Source: Lingula anatina (taxonomy: Eukaryota; Animalia; Brachiopoda). From it: 64,000 bases of DNA. A program made the translations under genes and the position numbers. Location: positions 61,234,788-61,298,787 of the forward strand of contig CM120640.1 of NCBI GenBank assembly GCA_051362555.1, written 5' to 3'. Position 1 is the first letter of the stretch. Each line of letters opens with the position of its first letter. The notes under the pieces are model-generated. The model saw nothing but the letters and a program-made list of their open reading frames with translations. It searched no databases and was not told the DNA's origin. Shown in pieces: positions 62,301 through 64,000 of the stretch.

Positions 62301-64000
62301 TTCAGAGAAAAACCAAACATACTCATACCACTAAAGTTGGCTTCTGCTCTGCATAAGTTTGGATAACACTTGATAACTTATAGTTAAGAGACAGATCAAA
62401 TCTGAATTCAGACTGATTGCCAGTGCATGGATAGCCAAGAACCACTTTCCTAAGCTTGACTGGTCTGTGACTATCATCCATCCTAAAAATGAAAAATTCA
62501 AACAGGCCAGCTGTTTTACAAGTTTCTACTGTCACATTGAGGTCATCAGAGAATACAAATATTGTGTGTTTAAGTGTCTTAATTTCTGATATTGTTATCT
62601 CATAAAGCACAGATATACAAGTAAGGTGTTATCAAAAATATCAAAAATAAAACATTTTCACAATGCACAGAACAATGATTCAAATTACTTGTAAAATGAT
62701 GCAGTGACTTTATCTGTACTCAACCACTCTGCTATCTGAAAAATAATTAGAACTGGTTTTACAGTTATAAAAATTTCTTGACATAATATTTTAATATTCC
62801 TTTCAACAAAGTAAATTAAAAGGAACATGTATCGAAGGAGAAAACATATACCAGGCTAGATCATTCAGAACAAGTAAAACTCCTTTCTACCACCAATGTA
62901 TTATTCATGAACTGTATATACCTACTGTATAGTACTAATTAAGTGAAATGCACCCAGGAACACAACAAAATGTGCATTGCAGAAACTTGGTCACTTTAAA
63001 AAATGAAAATTAATGTTGGTTTTGGAAGATCTCATTTTTCAGCAAGAAAATAATGTGTTCATAAGATGTCATATTTGACATGTGATAACTTACATCCCCT
63101 ATGTTTGGTATAGTAGCTGATATGGTAATGAACCTCATTGGTATGTCCACTTCCCCACCAGGCTCTCTAGAGATTGCCCTTCGGATAGTCTTCATTCTGC
63201 TAATCACAGCTTCCATTGTGGCTCCTCTGGTTTCATCATTCAAGATGTGGATCTTACAAACAAAAACATCATTCTATATTTCTAGATATTTTCCTCAATA
63301 TCATGCAGAGTAACAGGAATTGTGGTACTCATGATGGATTTTTTAACTTAAAAAATTCAAGCTTCTCTGTAAGGTCATTTGCCTTTGGCATATCATACAT
63401 ATTATTATTATTTTTTTTTTTTTCCAAATGGCACAATAATTTTATCTCACTTACCTCATCTACCAAAAAAAGTTTTACCAGCTGGACAAGAGACTTGTTA
63501 TCTCTCCATTTTCTTGTCATACTGTCCCATTTTTCCTGGTGATAATGATAATGAACTTCCTGATTATAATGATAATGACTGATGAACAATAATACACAAG
63601 TGTGAACATTCTTTCTTGCTGCTTATTACTGAAATCATTACAGATTAAGATACGGTAATGACTCGATCTTTTCAATGGGCAAAAATTATCAAACTTGCAT
63701 TTTAAAAATCATAAAAATTATGTTTTTGTAAAGCATTTGTGGTGCTTTTAATGCCTAGAATAGAATTATAAGGTATAGTACGGTTTTCAATTTTATTGCA
63801 ACCACTCAATAGGAATTAATGCTCTTATTTTAAGAAATTATGACTTAAAAAATACAGTTCCTGTAACAGTCACAATTTTCCCCCATTGAAAAGATTGATT
63901 CATTACCGTATTCTGCTTTGGCACATTTTTTGTCTATTCAAAGTGTGAAAAATGGTGCTGTCTTACTGGTGTTGTCATGATAATATTCACTTCCTGCAGT
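47376..64000 (-). CDS. HFM1: Meiotic DExH-box helicase HFM1/MER3 (5' part off-window), >20 exons
   Basis: Exons encode IMTTP|[12 protein letters not shown]|[87 protein letters not shown] and the zinc-finger-like [18 protein letters not shown]-terminus FNNIFDGIF* with stop at 47376-47378. Confidence 0.95.
47490..47915. repeat. Tandem duplication, 2 x 213 bp, in the last HFM1 intron
   Basis: TGACTCTATATTCTATAATTC starts at 47490 and 47703. The units appear identical. Confidence 0.9.
48020..48277. mobile_element. PIF/Harbinger (Tourist-like) palindromic MITE
   Basis: GGC...GCC termini, TTA TSD, palindromic over its whole length. A second copy is at 61927. Confidence 0.85.
52127..55315 (-). mobile_element. 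HINE family 1, copy E, in HFM1 intron
   Basis: Same termini, with two head modules (~55300, ~54400). Extra ~380-bp internal tandem duplication (52811/53190). The 3' subterminal repeat is disrupted. Confidence 0.8.
55580..56425 (+). mobile_element. Degenerate non-LTR (RTE/L2-like) retrotransposon fragment
   Basis: Frameshifted RT motifs [38 protein letters not shown] and [15 protein letters not shown]-repeat tail near 56410-56425. Confidence 0.85.
56446..56762. mobile_element. MITE with ~85-bp inverted arms
   Basis: CAGG.CTACCCAACTACCAGACT...AGTCTGGTAGTTGGGTAG.CCTG, with ATATT on both flanks. Confidence 0.75.
58357..58435. repeat. Short imperfect palindrome (MITE relic)
   Basis: CAATGGAATGA.T.GGGTATCT ... 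AGATACCCTACTCATTCCATTG. Confidence 0.5.
59049..59308. mobile_element. Palindromic MITE-like element
   Basis: TTTACTAACACTA.CTGCAGATCTTTTA and CCCATATTAACCACA are mirrored by TGTGGTTAATATGGG and TAAAAGATCTGCAG.TAGTGTTAGTAAA. Confidence 0.72.
61927..62183. mobile_element. PIF/Harbinger palindromic MITE, second copy
   Basis: GGC...GCC termini and TAA TSD. Highly similar to 48020-48277. Confidence 0.85.
63651..63910. mobile_element. MITE with ~35-bp TIRs, possible TA TSD (Tc1/mariner-like)
   Basis: TACGGTAATGA.TC.ATCTTTTCAATGGG / CCCATTGAAAAGAT.GA.TCATTACCGTA. Confidence 0.7.

Overview
AT-rich, intron-containing animal DNA, probably an invertebrate; the taxon cannot be fixed from sequence. There are four spliced host genes: FAM172A/ARB2A (+, 5' end off-window), CUEDC1 (-) head-to-head with MRPS23 (+), and the meiotic helicase HFM1/MER3 (-, runs off the right edge). 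From 9.4 to 29.7 kb lies a dense transposon cluster. It holds several non-autonomous Helentron-type (HINE/DINE-1-like) elements with internal tandem arrays and a 1.67-kb Mutator-like foldback. It also holds an apparently intact 4.98-kb DIRS1-type tyrosine-recombinase retrotransposon nested three deep (HINE > HINE > DIRS). The most interesting signal is inside the DIRS element. A U_UUA_AAC -1 slippery site ends gag, and a phase-matched splice donor/acceptor pair flanks pol. Together these predict Gag-Pol from unspliced RNA and Gag-recombinase from spliced RNA using one frameshift; this is inference and untested. Also seen are a U12-type intron in CUEDC1, a signal peptide plus KTEL in FAM172A, several MITEs, and LINE and Penelope remnants. 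Coordinates were counted by eye and may be off by a few bases.
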